Positions 51,556 to 64,000 of a stretch of 64,000 nt of DNA are shown piece by piece. Below the pieces are notes generated by a model. That model was not told the DNA's origin. It saw nothing but the letters and a program-made list of their open reading frames with translations, and made no database searches. The translations under genes and the position numbers were made by a program. Position 1 is the stretch's first letter; each line of letters opens with the position of its first letter. This stretch comes from Octopus sinensis (Eukaryota). The stretch is from NCBI RefSeq assembly GCF_006345805.1, contig NC_042999.1, positions 102,300,001-102,364,000 of the forward strand. Reading direction: 5' to 3'.

Positions 51556-53345
51556 CACTGCATGACTAAATGAAAACAGTTACTTTAACAAGAGATGATT
51601 AGGGTGATTCTAACTAATTTTAGGGTCCTCTGTCTGAATATGAAGTCAGGTTTACTCCATCACATGTAGATTTTGGTATACAAGATACCACCTATAGACC
51701 AAAATTAAAGAAATGTAATGTAGCATGCAGTACGTCAGTTGTTCCTTTTGTCATTTAAGAATGCCTTTGATTGTTCTTTTTTGTGACAACAATTAATGAG
51801 AGCTGTAAAAGTAGATATGACACTTATTAGATCATGTCTATTTTTCGAACACTTTGATTTAAATGTGTGATTCGGATGTCATTGTGACTTGTATCAAATT
51901 AGTAATTGCTCAGTTTACTGTAGACTGCTGTTTTTTTTAATATATATATATATTTCTCCACTTCAATTTGCTTCAATTTACGTGGCTTAAAGACGTGTAT
52001 GTCGCAATGACCCAGATCACTTTTGCTATATCTGTGGGAGATTACCCATTCAATGATTGAAGGAGAAATATCACGCCACTCATACAAACAAGATACAAGG
52101 ATTAATTCAAAATGAGACTTGGAGACTAAAATAAATGTTTTGCTCCTCACATTGTATAGAGAGGTTGCTGAGATCGGTCTTCCATGATGTGGCCCAGTGG
52201 TAAGCTGTAGCAAATGCTATTTGCCACTCTAATGATATGGCAAAAACAAAGCAACCATTCTACTGATTATTTTTACATTACTAATGTAGAGGGGTCCAAT
52301 AAGAAAACTGCAAAGTATATCAAGTATATCAAGTGTTCTAGTTTTCCATCTGTCGTAAGACCACAGTCATATGAAGATGAAATTTCTCATATGCCAAGCA
52401 ATCAGTCATTGAGTGAGTCAGATGCTGATAGGTTTTCCTGTATCAGTGGGACAGCTGGGCTCGCAATGAGCAGGATTGGCCAGCACATCATGAATGGAGA
52501 CTAGGGACGAAAAGCGTTCAATACGTACCGCTAATTTCACCTGAGCTAATTGTGTTTCCACTACTACATATTAAACTTGAAATGTTCAAAAAATTTGTGA
52601 TGTCAATGTACCTTGAGAAGCAACCAATCAAGTTGTTGAAAGATATTTTTCCTCGATTTAGCAAAGCAAAGATTAAAAAAGACATGTTCATTGGACCAGG
52701 TGCTCGCAAGTTTATGAAGAATCAGATGTTCAGAGATGCTTTGAACGAAGTTGAACATTGAGCTTATGATACTGTGTTAAAGACAGTTGTAAGTTTTCTA
52801 GGAAAGAACCGGAGCCTGAATTACAAGACAATCATAGCTGACTTTTTGGATTTGTTCAATGCATTGGATGTCAAAATGCTCTTGAAGATTCACTTTTTAA
52901 AGACTATCTCGGATTTCTTACCTTTGGAGTAAGATCAGTGATGAGCAAGGTGAAAGATTTCATTAAGTGGTCACTACTCTTGAAACAAAGTACCAAGGGT
53001 GAACCGAGCCCCGCATGATAACAGACTTTTGCTGGTTTCACTCTTCTTGAACTCCGTGCTACAGATCTTGATAGTGAGACAATGTAACTTTTTTGTGGTA
53101 AGTGTTTTCTAAGTGTATATTGTTATTTTAACAATGATTACTTAGTTTAGTACATCAATAAATCACACGCAGTGTTCACAAGATTGGATACTTTTCGCGT
53201 AAATGTAGTATTTATGGGAAATCTTGCAGTTCAAAATGATGGCTTGATGGAGCAAAACGGATTTCATATTCATAAAGAGTACTCTAAAATTAACTAATAT
53301 CACATAAAGTAGCGTTTACAAAAAAAAAATTGGTGTTATGCAGTG
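51556..53345 (+). mobile_element. DNA transposon with ~100-bp imperfect TIRs and TA target duplication; decayed transposase
   Basis: TA|CACTGCATGAC...GTTATGCAGTG|TA; remnants CRNDPDHFCYICG, LMIWQKQSNHSTD, FPLLHIKLEMFKKFV, KAKIKKDMFIGP, EQGERFH. Confidence 0.85.
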
Positions 53346-54114
53346 TATTTTTTCTCCTTACGTAAGTATTTCTAATTAAATATTTAATGTTAACTTAACT
53401 ATAGTTCTCATGCAGGTGGAGTCACTGAGAAATTAACCTATCCGATTTATTAGCAAACGAATTCAGGACATTTTCATCGTCGTTGTATCATTGATATCTC
53501 CGAACAAACCTTGGAAATTATTGCTTCAATTCTTCGATAAAATGTCTTATTTACGATAGAAAAGTAAAATTAACTGAATTCCGGAGTTGTTGAAAGAGAT
53601 CCAGTCTCATAAAAGCTTGACCTTATATTTGACTTATTTGGCCTTTGTCAGTGATGTCATCAAACCTGTTGAAAACATTGAGTTATTACTAATAAAAATA
53701 TACTTCTGACCGCATAAACGACATCGACGAAATAATGATACCTCTTGCACTTTTAGTTTTTTTCTCCTTTCCTTCATTCTGATAAATTGTAGGTTACAGT
53801 AATATATTTATTACCAATATTGATGTGGTAAGATTTATTTTTCACAAGGTTCGTTAAACTTAGAGATAAAGATAAATGAAAAAAAAATAAATATTGGTTG
53901 GCAATATGCCATAATTCTGAAACTTTGAAGATGACCGGTCTTTTCTGCGGTAGAGCTACAAGAGTTATCGACCTTCCACCAGCGTGATAGACATTAGTGA
54001 CTTCGCAAGAAATATCCATTCAATTCGCTTCCAAAATTTCTTTAAAACAACTTAACAGATTCATCACTTCCTTTCTGCTTTATCTGCTCTATTAAAAATA
54101 ATGTATACTATTAA

Positions 54115-54275
54115 TGTTTAAAAAACTCTACGGAAAATATGAGTTGTGGGATGTCTTGTCGATCGAAATGATGGCGTGATGGAGCAAAACGGATTTCATA
54201 TTTATAAAGAGCACCCTAAAATTAACTAATATCACCTAAAGTAGTGTTTACTATAATGTTAAGTGTCATTCAGTT
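54115..54275 (+). mobile_element. Right end of a second copy of the 51556-53345 family
   Basis: atgatggcgtgatggagcaaaacggatttcatatt...taaagtagtgtttac matches 53236-53320. Confidence 0.75.
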
Positions 54276-54544
54276 TTATTAGACTAGTATCAATCATAAA
54301 ACTAATGTTTGGCATTCAACGAAGAAATGCCCTAATGTTGTCTTTTTCTCCTTATGTATTTCTTATTAAATATTTAACACTAATTTAACTATAGTTTTTC
54401 ATGCAGATGGAGTCACTGAGTCTCCTTCACGCTCTCTTGCTTTCATCTTATTGACATATGTCTTGAAGGGAAGTCTAAAAATAATGTAAACACTACAGAG
54501 ACGCCAGGATATTTGTGTGACTGACCACGAAATAATAATAATAA

Positions 54545-55330
54545 TTCTTTCTGCTATAGGCACACGGCCTGAAATTTTGGGGCATTACATCAATTCCTAG
54601 TGTTCAAATATTACATATTTTATTGACCCCAAAAGGATGAAAAGCAAAGTCAGCTCCGGTGGTGCTTGAAACCAGATAGTAAAACTAGAATAAATGCCTC
54701 CAAGCATTTTGTCCGGCGTTCTAATGATTCCGCCATCTCACTGCCTTCGAACACAAAAGTAATAATGATACTGGTTTCTAATTTAGGTATAAAGCCGACA
54801 ATTTTGAGGGTTGGAGGTTACTCGATGCCATCAACTCCTGTACTTGGCTGGTACTTCATGTTAACGACCCCGGAAGGATGAAAAAACAAAGTTGACCTCG
54901 GAGGGATTCCAAGTCAGGTTGTAAAGAGTCAGAACAAATACCACAAAGCATTTTTGCCGATACTATCACCATTCTACAAGCTCGCCTTGCTTTCTTTTTT
55001 CTATAGTGTGTCTAATTTAGGTACAAGGCCAACAGTTTTGAGGGAAGGGGAACAGTCGACGACATCTACCCTTATTCTCCACTGATTGTATATCTTATCG
55101 ACCTCGAACAGATGTAAGGCAAAGTTGACATCAACCGCATTTGAACTCAGAACGTAAAGAGCCTGAGAAAAACGCCGCTAAGCATTTTGTCCAGTGCAAT
55201 AACAATTCTGCCAACTTGCTGCCCTACTACTACTACTACTACTACTACTTACACGCACAATAACAACAACGATAATCCTTTCTGCTATAAGCATAATGTC
55301 TGAAATTTGGAGGGAGGAGTTAGTCGATTT
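54545..55330 (-). mobile_element. Array of three to four diverged SINE family B copies
   Basis: Repeated gacc(c/t)cgaa..gatg...aaagt(t/c)gac units. Confidence 0.75.
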
Positions 55331-55399
55331 CCTCTTTATAAAAGAAAAACCTATGAACTTCAATTTCTGGTGTAGAAAGATGGGCCCCTCCTTATCCAT

Positions 55400-56160
55400 T
55401 TTGCTTGTCTTGTCTTCGAGTGTCTTCGGATTTTATTTTTGTTTTCTTTTCTTTCTCTTACCGCTGTTTCCAGTAATCTGTCACTTTTGTATGTTTACTA
55501 TCTCCTCCTGATCATCACAAGACGATGGGGTGGTGCTGCTAGTTTGCCTCTGGATAGGGTCTCTTCTGTATCCTGGTCGGTTATTGGAGCCGAGGACAAG
55601 GCAGTATCCTTCGATAATTCTGTGGTTATGTCCGGTGGTGCACTAGAAATAACATTTCTTGCTGACTGCAGATACTGTTTATTTTACCATTTCCAACTTT
55701 TATGAACAAAAACCCCTTTAAATGAGCTTTATTGCCACCCGGCTTTCTGCCTTGAATGATCAGTCGTAAAGGCATTGTCTTAGCATTCACTATAGGATAT
55801 AACTCAAGGATTATTTTGTTGTTCTTATGGGGCTCATAATAATTTGGATCTACATAGAGATTTCGCCCGATTTTATATTACGTCGAGGATATGCGGATGA
55901 TAGCGTCTCTATGTCCATATTGTGCAACAAAAATGACTATGAACCAAAAGTCAGCTTTTTTACTGTGACCCCCGTTTTTATTCGCCTTAAATACCGTGGG
56001 ACATTTTCTATGGTTTAGTGTGTGATTTTCTGACTATTGTGTGACTTCACCTCGTCCTCAGATTTAATCACGTATATACTCTCCTGCACTTAATGTACTA
56101 GATCTCAAGCCGCGTATCAGTGAACGGTGTTTCTAATTTGCCTCTAATTGTTCTTGGATG
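55400..56160 (-). mobile_element. Possible decayed LINE ORF1 (gag-like) fragment
   Basis: Complex sequence with a Cys/His cluster followed by a K/R-rich tail on the minus strand, many stops; not recognised with certainty. Confidence 0.25.
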
Positions 56161-56224
56161 GTGCAAAGAAAAAAAAAAAAAAAAAAATTATACTGATTCA
56201 AACAGATAACTTAATAAAAATATC

Positions 56225-57111
56225 GGATCTTTTCAATTCTGAAGCCAGTTTTTTCAAATTTTTCCTACTGAACCAAACAATTTGAAACTTCGTATACTGG
56301 TAGAATGTGTCAAAAGTAAACTTAATTGTAAACCAGAATGAAAACGGAATTGTAACTTCTAAGTTTAACGTTGTTTAATAATTAGAATTTTAACCAATGA
56401 TATTCCGTCATTCGGCTTTATTTTATTTACTCCGTCTCGACCACCAATTTGGTGACGTATTAAACATCTTAAATGTAAACAAGCCGCATGTCTCCGTGAA
56501 ATCTCCTTCTAATTATTTAACGTACTCATGTTTCCAGGATCCTATAGTCAGCCACCTTCTAATAACAATATTTAAAACTAGTTAATAAGCCACATGTATT
56601 AAATTGAAAATGTTTCCATTCTGTTAGTACTTGCTTTCGTTTGCTATTAAGAAGTGGCATCTCAGTGACGAGGCTTCTAACAAGATTTCGTTTCGAAGCT
56701 AATGCGTTTCATTTCACTTATTGTATTTATTTGTGCAAAAGGCAAGAAATTAATATTAAAAAAGCAAAGAGCTGGCAGAAACGTTAGCACGCCGGGCGAA
56801 ATGCGTAGCCGTATTTCGTCTGCCGTTACGTTCTGTGTTTGTTTACAGTTTTCCGAACGTTAGTACGTCACAAAAGCGCTTTCTACGTCACACTAATAGA
56901 ATGCAGTCAAGTTTTACACATGAAAACAAACAATCTGATTGGTTAAAATTCGCAGTTTTAATCTACGATTAAAGTCATAAAATAGATTTTTCTCAAATAA
57001 ACTAGTTCCAACCTGTGTCTTGTTTTGCTAGACTCTATCAGCATACGAAGTTTCAGAATATTTAGTTAAGTAGAAAGATCTGTGGTCCTGGCTTCAGAAT
57101 TGAAAAGATCC
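56225..57111. mobile_element. Non-autonomous DNA transposon with perfect 24-bp inverted repeats; SINE B fragment inserted at ~56765-56840
   Basis: ggatcttttcaattctgaagccag / ctggcttcagaattgaaaagatcc; flanks aaaatatc / aaaatata; internal segment recurs at 59727-59850. Confidence 0.7.
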
Positions 57112-57357
57112 AAAATATAAATCTTGGGGATTCAAAATCATTATACCCAGAAATAATTATTTTCTAACAGCTTTGTATACTATTAGGTTGGGTTCCAAAA
57201 GATTTCTCTTCAAGGAAGTCTGCCATAATATATATTGACAATATGGCATTGTGTCCCCTCACAAAAAACCCTCCGGCGTTCCGTTTCTTTGATGTGATTC
57301 TATAAATGCGGTACGGACTTTTGGTGTCTTTCGGTGACGTTAAAGAATTTTTATCAG

Positions 57358-57750
57358 AAGGCGGCGAGTTGGCAGAATCGTTAGCACACCGGGCGAAACG
57401 CGTAGCCGTATTTCGTCTGCCGTTACATTCTGATTTCAAATTCCACCGAGGTCGACTTTGCCTTTCATCCTTTCGGGGTCGATAAATTAAGTACCAGTTA
57501 CGCACTGGGGTCGATATTATCGATTTAATCCGTTTGTCTGTCCTTGTTTGTCCCCTCTGTGTTTAGCCTCTTGTGGGTAGTAAAGAAATAGGTATTTTGT
57601 TTGTCTTTACGTTCTGAGTTCAAATTCCTCTGAGGTCGACTTTAGCTTTCATCCTTTCTGGGTCGATAAGTACCAGTTGCGTACTGAGGTCGATCTAATC
57701 GATTGACTCCCTCCTCCCCAAATTTCAGGCCTTGTGCCTATAGTAGAAAT
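57358..57750 (+). mobile_element. SINE family B with a second nested or tandem partial copy
   Basis: Direct homology to the other family B copies. Confidence 0.88.
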
Positions 57751-58099
57751 CTAAAAGAATATTAGGAAATGATTTAAAGTAAACAAGGGACGCAACTCAG
57801 GATTTGCAGGTTAAGGGAGGTTACTCTTTCTGAAAATTTATCTAAATTCCACAGCTATTTCACATGCGGACTATTTGAGGATTAATCCTGTAATAATATT
57901 TTTCATTTTATATTTGAAATCCAAATACCGTTAACACATGAAAGAAAAAATTAGAACACAACGTGCAAAGACAATCCACATTTTCTAATTTAATCTTAAT
58001 CAGGGCATCAACAAGGAACTCCTTTTGGGTTGTCTCATATCTTTTATCTTACTTTGACTAGGTTTTTAGTCAACAAATCGGACCTAGGACTTATTTTTT

Positions 58100-58375
58100 A
58101 AAGTCTAGTATTTAAAGTCGTCTCTTTTGCTGAACCACCAGGTTATTGGAACATACGCACAACACCGGTCGTCAAGCGGTGGTGAGGGACAAACTTAGAC
58201 GCAAAGCTACACACACACATAAATACGACACACATACACATAAATACAAGAGTAGATTTCCGTCTCTCAAATCTACTCTCAAGCTTGTGGTCGGCCTGAA
58301 GGCAGAAGGCACTTGCAGAAGGTACCACGCAGTAGGACTGAACTCGTAACTATTCTTACTACAGAGCCACGGGTT
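58100..58375 (-). mobile_element. SINE family A, diverged
   Basis: gtaccacgcagtaggactgaactcg head remnant. Confidence 0.7.
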
Positions 58376-58444
58376 GTCTAATAAAAAAAAAGATGTGTGT
58401 TTGTGTGTGTGTGCACGTGCGTCCGAGTGTGTATATAATATATA

Positions 58445-58990
58445 TGTGGTGGTATCAGAAAGTTCGCAGACTAGTTATGTTTAATAAAAAATATAATTTT
58501 TTTAACAAAGTTTTTCATCATCTCCTTCGATTTAGTCACCTTGCATAGCAATACATTGATCCCAGCGTTCCTGCCACCTTTGGAATACGGCCTGGAAGTT
58601 ATTTTCCGTAAGCAAGTGGAGGACCTTCTGCGATTCGCTCTTGATCTCGACAATGGTGTTAAAGCGGCAACCTTTGAACTGCTTTTTCATCTTAGGGGAA
58701 GAGATGGAAGTCTGCAGGTGTTAAATCTGGCGAATAAAGTGGCTACGGAAACAATACCATGTTGTTTTGGGCGAGAGACTCACCAGTGAGGAGAGCTAGG
58801 TAACAGGGGGCGTTGTCGTCGTGAAGAATCCTATTCTTCACGCTCAACACATCCGGTCACTTTCGCCGAATGTCCTCCCACAAACACTTCAAAACGTCGC
58901 AGTAGAACTCCTGATTCATTATCTGGCCCCGGGGGAGAATTCTCGATGCACAATACCGCGGATGTCGAAGAAGACGATGAACATGATCTA
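58445..58990 (-). mobile_element. mariner transposase C-terminal fragment with TIR
   Basis: Minus strand: MNQEFYCDVLKCLWEDIRRK, HDDNAP, YSPDLTPADF, FQRWQERWDQCIA; ends ...ctgataccaccaca|TA. Confidence 0.85.
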
Positions 58991-59039
58991 ATTCACTTAA
59001 CGAAATCATTTTTGAAAATTGATATTCATGTATAATAAT

Positions 59040-59277
59040 ATCTGTTTCTTTATTACCCACAAGGGGCTAAACACAGAGGAGACAAACAAGGACAGACAAA
59101 CGGATTAAGTCAATTACATCGACCCTAGTGCGTAACTGGTACTTAATTTATCGACCCCGAAAGGATGAAAGGTAAAGTCGACCTCGGCGGAATTTGAACC
59201 CAGAACATAACGGCAGACGAAATGCGGCTACACATTTCGCCCGGCGTGCTAACGTTTCTGCCAGTTCGCCGCCTTGC
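59040..59277 (-). mobile_element. SINE family B, full copy
   Basis: Reverse-complement match to 44391-44620. Confidence 0.9.
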
Positions 59278-60485
59278 CACTTTCCTTGTGTGAGTGTGTG
59301 CGCGTGTTTGTGTACAATGGCAGCATGGAAGGTGTTTATAAGCCATTTAAGAAACACACAAAATCCGTTAGATTCACTTCAACATTTAAATTTAATTTGC
59401 CAAAATATTTTCGTCGCTTTGAGACCGCGACCTGATCACTGACAAAATTCCGTGCTGCATCTGAGAAAGCAACAGTTAGTTCATGGTATATATGTGCGTA
59501 CGTATGTATGTATGTACGTATGTATATATGTACGTACGTATGTATGTATGTATGTATGTATGTATGTATGTATGTATGTATGTATGTATGTATGTATGTA
59601 TGTATGTATGTATGTATTTAGGTATGTAAGTGTGTAGACGTGTCTGTGTGTGTGTGTGTACATGTGAACGTATGTTTATGTATGTGTGGGATCCGTTTGA
59701 TGGACGGAATTTTCTAGTTAACTAAGCAATTTGAAACTTCGTATACTGGTAGAATGTGTCAAAAGAAAACATTATTGTAAGCAAAATTGAAAACAAAATT
59801 GTAATTTGTAAGTTTAACGTAGTTTAATTCTTCGAATTTTAACCAATGAAATGCCAGCATTTGAGCTGAAATCATTTGCTGCGTTATCGATATAAACAAA
59901 CATAGCAGACGCACGCCGCATACACACACATATATATACACAATGTATACATATATATACATATAATGTATATATATATATATGTATACATATACATACA
60001 ACATACATACACATAATATACATATATATAATGCATATATACATATATATATAATGTACATATACATATACAACACATAATATACATACATATAACGTAC
60101 ACATACATATACATAACATACCATACATATACATATACAATGTATACACATATACATATACAATGTATACATATATATATATATACAATACACATATATA
60201 TACATATATACAACATATATACACATATATATATATGTACATATATATAATGCATACATATATACATATATACACACACACAACGCATATATATACACAT
60301 ATATAACATATACATACATAACATATATATATAATGTATGCGTGTGTGTGTTGTGTATGTGTGTGGTTAATGTTTGTTAGTGTGTTGCATGTGTGCTGGT
60401 GTGTGTATGTATTTGTTTGTATGATATGGTGCGAGTGTGCGTGTGTCTTTGTGTGTTTGTTTTGGATGTGTACCTGGGGGGTATG

Positions 60486-61170
60486 TTAGAGTATGTTTAG
60501 TTGTGGTTTGTATTTTTGAATAAGATTATTTTCTCTATTTATTCGTGTTTGGTCTGTGGTGTTGTCCGGGCATTGGTATAGTGGGAAAACTAAGAATTTG
60601 GGGGACTTATTGTGTGTACAGAGGTCTAAGTGTCCACTTAGTGGTATCTGTCTTGTGGAGGGGTCCCTCAGTTGTTGGCGGTGAACTGTCATTCTTTCTC
60701 TGAGGGTAAGGCTCGTTTGCCCTATGTAGTCTTCGTGGCACCCTTCACACCTTATGATGTAGAGTAAATTTTTTGATGCGCACGTGAAATTATTTTTTAT
60801 GATGAATGTGTGTCCCGACTAGAACTTGTATGTCGATCCCTCAATGAGGTGGATGCAAGTCCTGCAGTTGGGATGACCACATTTTTTGACGGTGGGCAGT
60901 GGGTTTGTGTTATGTAATTTTGCGTTGGTGAGGAGGTTTTTTAGGGATTTAGGTTGTCTCTTACTTTTTATTATTTTACGAGCTGCCAGTAATTTTTTTA
61001 GGCGTGGGTCTTGATTTAGCTGTGGAATGTTGTTGCATATAATAGTGTAAGCTTCTGCATTTCTTGGGTTGTGTGTTGAGAGATGGGGGGGGGGGGCTAT
61101 TTACTATACTGTGGATGTGTTTTGGTTTTCGTAAGTCTTGAGTGTTAATTGATTTGGCCCGTTCTATTCC
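60486..61170 (-). mobile_element. Penelope-like element GIY-YIG endonuclease domain (5'-truncated element)
   Basis: Minus strand: KKCGHPNCRTCIHL...FTCASKNLLYIIRCEGCHEDYIGQTSLTLRERMTVHRQQ...KYKPQLN, with one in-frame stop that I could see in that stretch. Confidence 0.9.
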
Positions 61171-61768
61171 GTTGTCCACTAGTATATATGTGTTGTATGT
61201 GTGTATGTGTGGTATATATATATGTATGATGTGTGTGTATGTAATGTATATATGTGTGTGGTATGTATATGTATAATATGTATATATATATATGTAGTGT
61301 GTATGTATGGCCCGCAGATACGCGTAGACACATGTATGCATATATGTACACGCACAAAGACGCGTACACCCACGCCATATATACGCACACATACAAACAC
61401 ATACTCAATACCAACACATGCAAAACACATATGCACACATGCCACACAGATACACCCAACAGACATGGACACACATACGAACAAACACATACACACTAAC
61501 GCACATGCAACACACTAATAAACATTAACCGCACACATACACACACACACAAACGGGCACACATATACACACACCATCCTACCCAAAAAATTCTTTAAAT
61601 AACACACATCTACTTACACCACCCTGGAACCAATCAAAAACAGCCCCCCCCCACACAAACACATGTATACATATATATGCACACACACAAGGACACACAC
61701 ACTCACACCAATCTCACCTCCATACAGACACACATATACACACGCAGCATCATGCCAAATGCCATCCA

Positions 61769-61813
<45 letters not shown>

Positions 61814-62669
61814 CACCAAGACAACCACACACGCGATTGACAAATGGACACACCATCCTACCAGATCTTACAGACACAAAGACACATCTATTCACACCAC
61901 ATATGTATGTATACACACACACAAAGACACACACACTCCCCCCATTCTGACCCCTAAATCATTGATGCTTGAAGGAGAGACAAAAAAAAAAGGGTAAATT
62001 CTTTTCAGTTCCACATTACTCCTCCTTTTACGCTACCATAGCGGACAGGTCAGTTTTAGCTTCACTACTATTATAATGTAAATCTTTTTGAACTCATAAT
62101 ATTCTGTACGTGTATACTGAACTTTTTTAATAATTCCTTCTGGAAATTATTGAGAATGTATAATATATTTGTTGTAATCTTTTGTGCCCATTATTTCAAT
62201 GAGCTTGTTAAACTTTTTTATATTCTCAACATGCTCTTGTCACCAAAGAATGTATATTTATATGGATTGTAGTACTCTGTGTCAACCAATATTCTGTGCA
62301 TGTTTGAATATACAGATACAATACCAATACCAATATCAATTCTTCTGGAAACTATCTTAAGCATGTCCTTGAGAACGATTATTTATGGTAGTAATCTTTT
62401 GTGCCCAATACTTTAAGGAACTTGTTGAACTTTTTTATGTCCTTAACATGTCCCTGTTACCAAAGACTGTATATATGTAATGTAGCAATTTGTAACAACC
62501 AATAATTAACGCAACCAAACTTCTACATGTTACTTTTGACAATCTTTTTCCAAAGAGTGAAACCGGTAAAGTAAATAAGCATCTTTTAAATTGCATTTTC
62601 AAACCTTCTTTCGTATATAATTCCACTCATGCGGTACCCCACAACTCCACTTTATTATATATATATATA

Positions 62670-63175
62670 TCTGTCTGGCCCCCGTGCTGGTGACATGTAA
62701 AAGCACCATCCATTCGTGGCTGTTTGCCAACCCTGTTTGGCCCCCGTGTCGGTGGCATGTAAAAGCACCATCCGTTCGTGTCCGTTGCCAGCCTCGCCTG
62801 GCCCCGTGCCGGTGACATGTAAAAGCACCATCCGTTTCGTGGCTGTTTGCCAGCTCTGTCTGGCCCCCATGTTGGTGGCACGTAAAAGCACCATCCGTTC
62901 GTGTCCATTGCCAGCCTTGCCTGGCCACCGTGCCGGTGACACGTAAAAGCACCATCCGTTCGTGGCCGTTTGCCAGCTCTGTCTGGCACCTGTGCGGGTG
63001 GCACGTAAAAAGCACCCATTACACTCACAGAGTGGTTGGCGTTAGGAAGGGCATCCAGCTGTAGAAACACTGCCAGATCTGACTGGGCCTGATGAAGCCT
63101 TCCAGCTTCACAGACCCCAGTTGAACCGTCCAACCCATGCTAGCATGGAGAACGGACGCTAAATGATGATGATGA
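62670..63175 (+). mobile_element. SINE 3' part with an internal ~61-bp tandem repeat and (GAT)n tail
   Basis: Six gtaaaagcacc units, then ggcgttaggaagggcatccagc...ccatgctagcatggagaacggacgctaaatgatgat. Confidence 0.85.
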
Positions 63176-63469
63176 TATATATATATATATATATATAGTC
63201 TGATCAAATAATTGAACATTAAAAATAACAATAATAATAAAACAACAAGAGGACATGCACATAGAATGTATTAGTTTGATGCTTGTTCAAGCATAGCTCT
63301 GTGTACACCCTGCCTCATACATTGTGTTTCCAGAATCACACTTCTGTCATGATGGATGAGTTTTTTTAGCACTGCATATCACCAGTTATTCCAGTCCTTT
63401 TTTTGTCTTTGTAAGGCTCAAAGTCTTGAGATCAGCCTTCAGTACTTTGGAAGACAGACATTTGATAAT

Positions 63470-63477
63470 GATGGTGG

Positions 63478-63510
<33 letters not shown>

Positions 63511-63610
63511 CAATAATGACAATGATGGCGATGACGACAATGACGACGATGACGAGGATGATGACAACAATGATAGCGGTGAAGATGATGGTGATGATGA
63601 TGATGGTATA
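63470..63610. repeat. (GAT/GAC/AAT)n degenerate trinucleotide array
   Basis: Directly visible. Confidence 0.9.
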
Positions 63611-64000
63611 AGATCTTAATTGCACCTAATATCATCAATTATATAATTGGAGATATGTGTTTCTTTAAAGAGACAGATAAAATTGATAAGTTAGATGAGA
63701 GAAGAAATGTGTCTGTTTGTTTGTGTGTGTTTCTGTGTGTGTGTGTGTGTGTGTATGTGTGTGTGTGTGTTGTGTGTGTGTGTGTGTGTGTGTTGTTTCT
63801 ATCTCCTTTGTTTTATTTTGTAGAAGACCAGGACAATGTTGGTCGAACTGAATCAGTATATTGCTGGTATTTCATTTGAAATTTTGGCACAATCAAAGTG
63901 ACAGACGAAATAATTATGGCTCTTTCCATGCTGAGTTCAGATTTCACTGAGATCAAATACACCGTTCTTGAGTTGATAAAAATAAAGTAGTAATCAAATA

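Noticed and set aside
62672-63015. CRISPR-like regularly spaced repeats
   Set aside because: The 'spacers' are homologous to each other, there are no cas genes, and the array sits within a eukaryotic SINE.
63356-63619. Acidic poly-Asp/Asn protein
   Set aside because: A trinucleotide microsatellite with no other coding evidence.

Overview
Eukaryotic, AT-rich, extremely microsatellite-dense DNA. The SINE families look like those I recall from Octopus (coleoid cephalopod) genomes; this is recognition from memory, not a database result. The window is intronic or intergenic in character, and I cannot confidently call any intact host protein-coding gene. Nearly all long ORFs in the track are translated microsatellites. 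Supported content: decayed CR1/L2-type and R4/Dong-type (RLE) LINEs, Penelope-like elements (RT and GIY-YIG), mariner and other DNA transposon relics, hAT, Tc1 and Mutator-like MITEs, many tRNA-type SINEs, and a cluster of non-autonomous Helitrons. Most notable: (i) two inverted, independently inserted copies of a Helitron carrying a SINE head fused to a PIF1 helicase fragment, with reciprocal deletions; (ii) apparent 5'/3' end swapping among neighbouring Helitrons; (iii) Penelope-type minimal hammerhead-like motifs; (iv) a MULE-like element with an internal ORF; (v) several weak candidates for host exons or pseudo-exons. Helitron, MITE and hairpin termini were read base by base; SINE and LINE boundaries are approximate.
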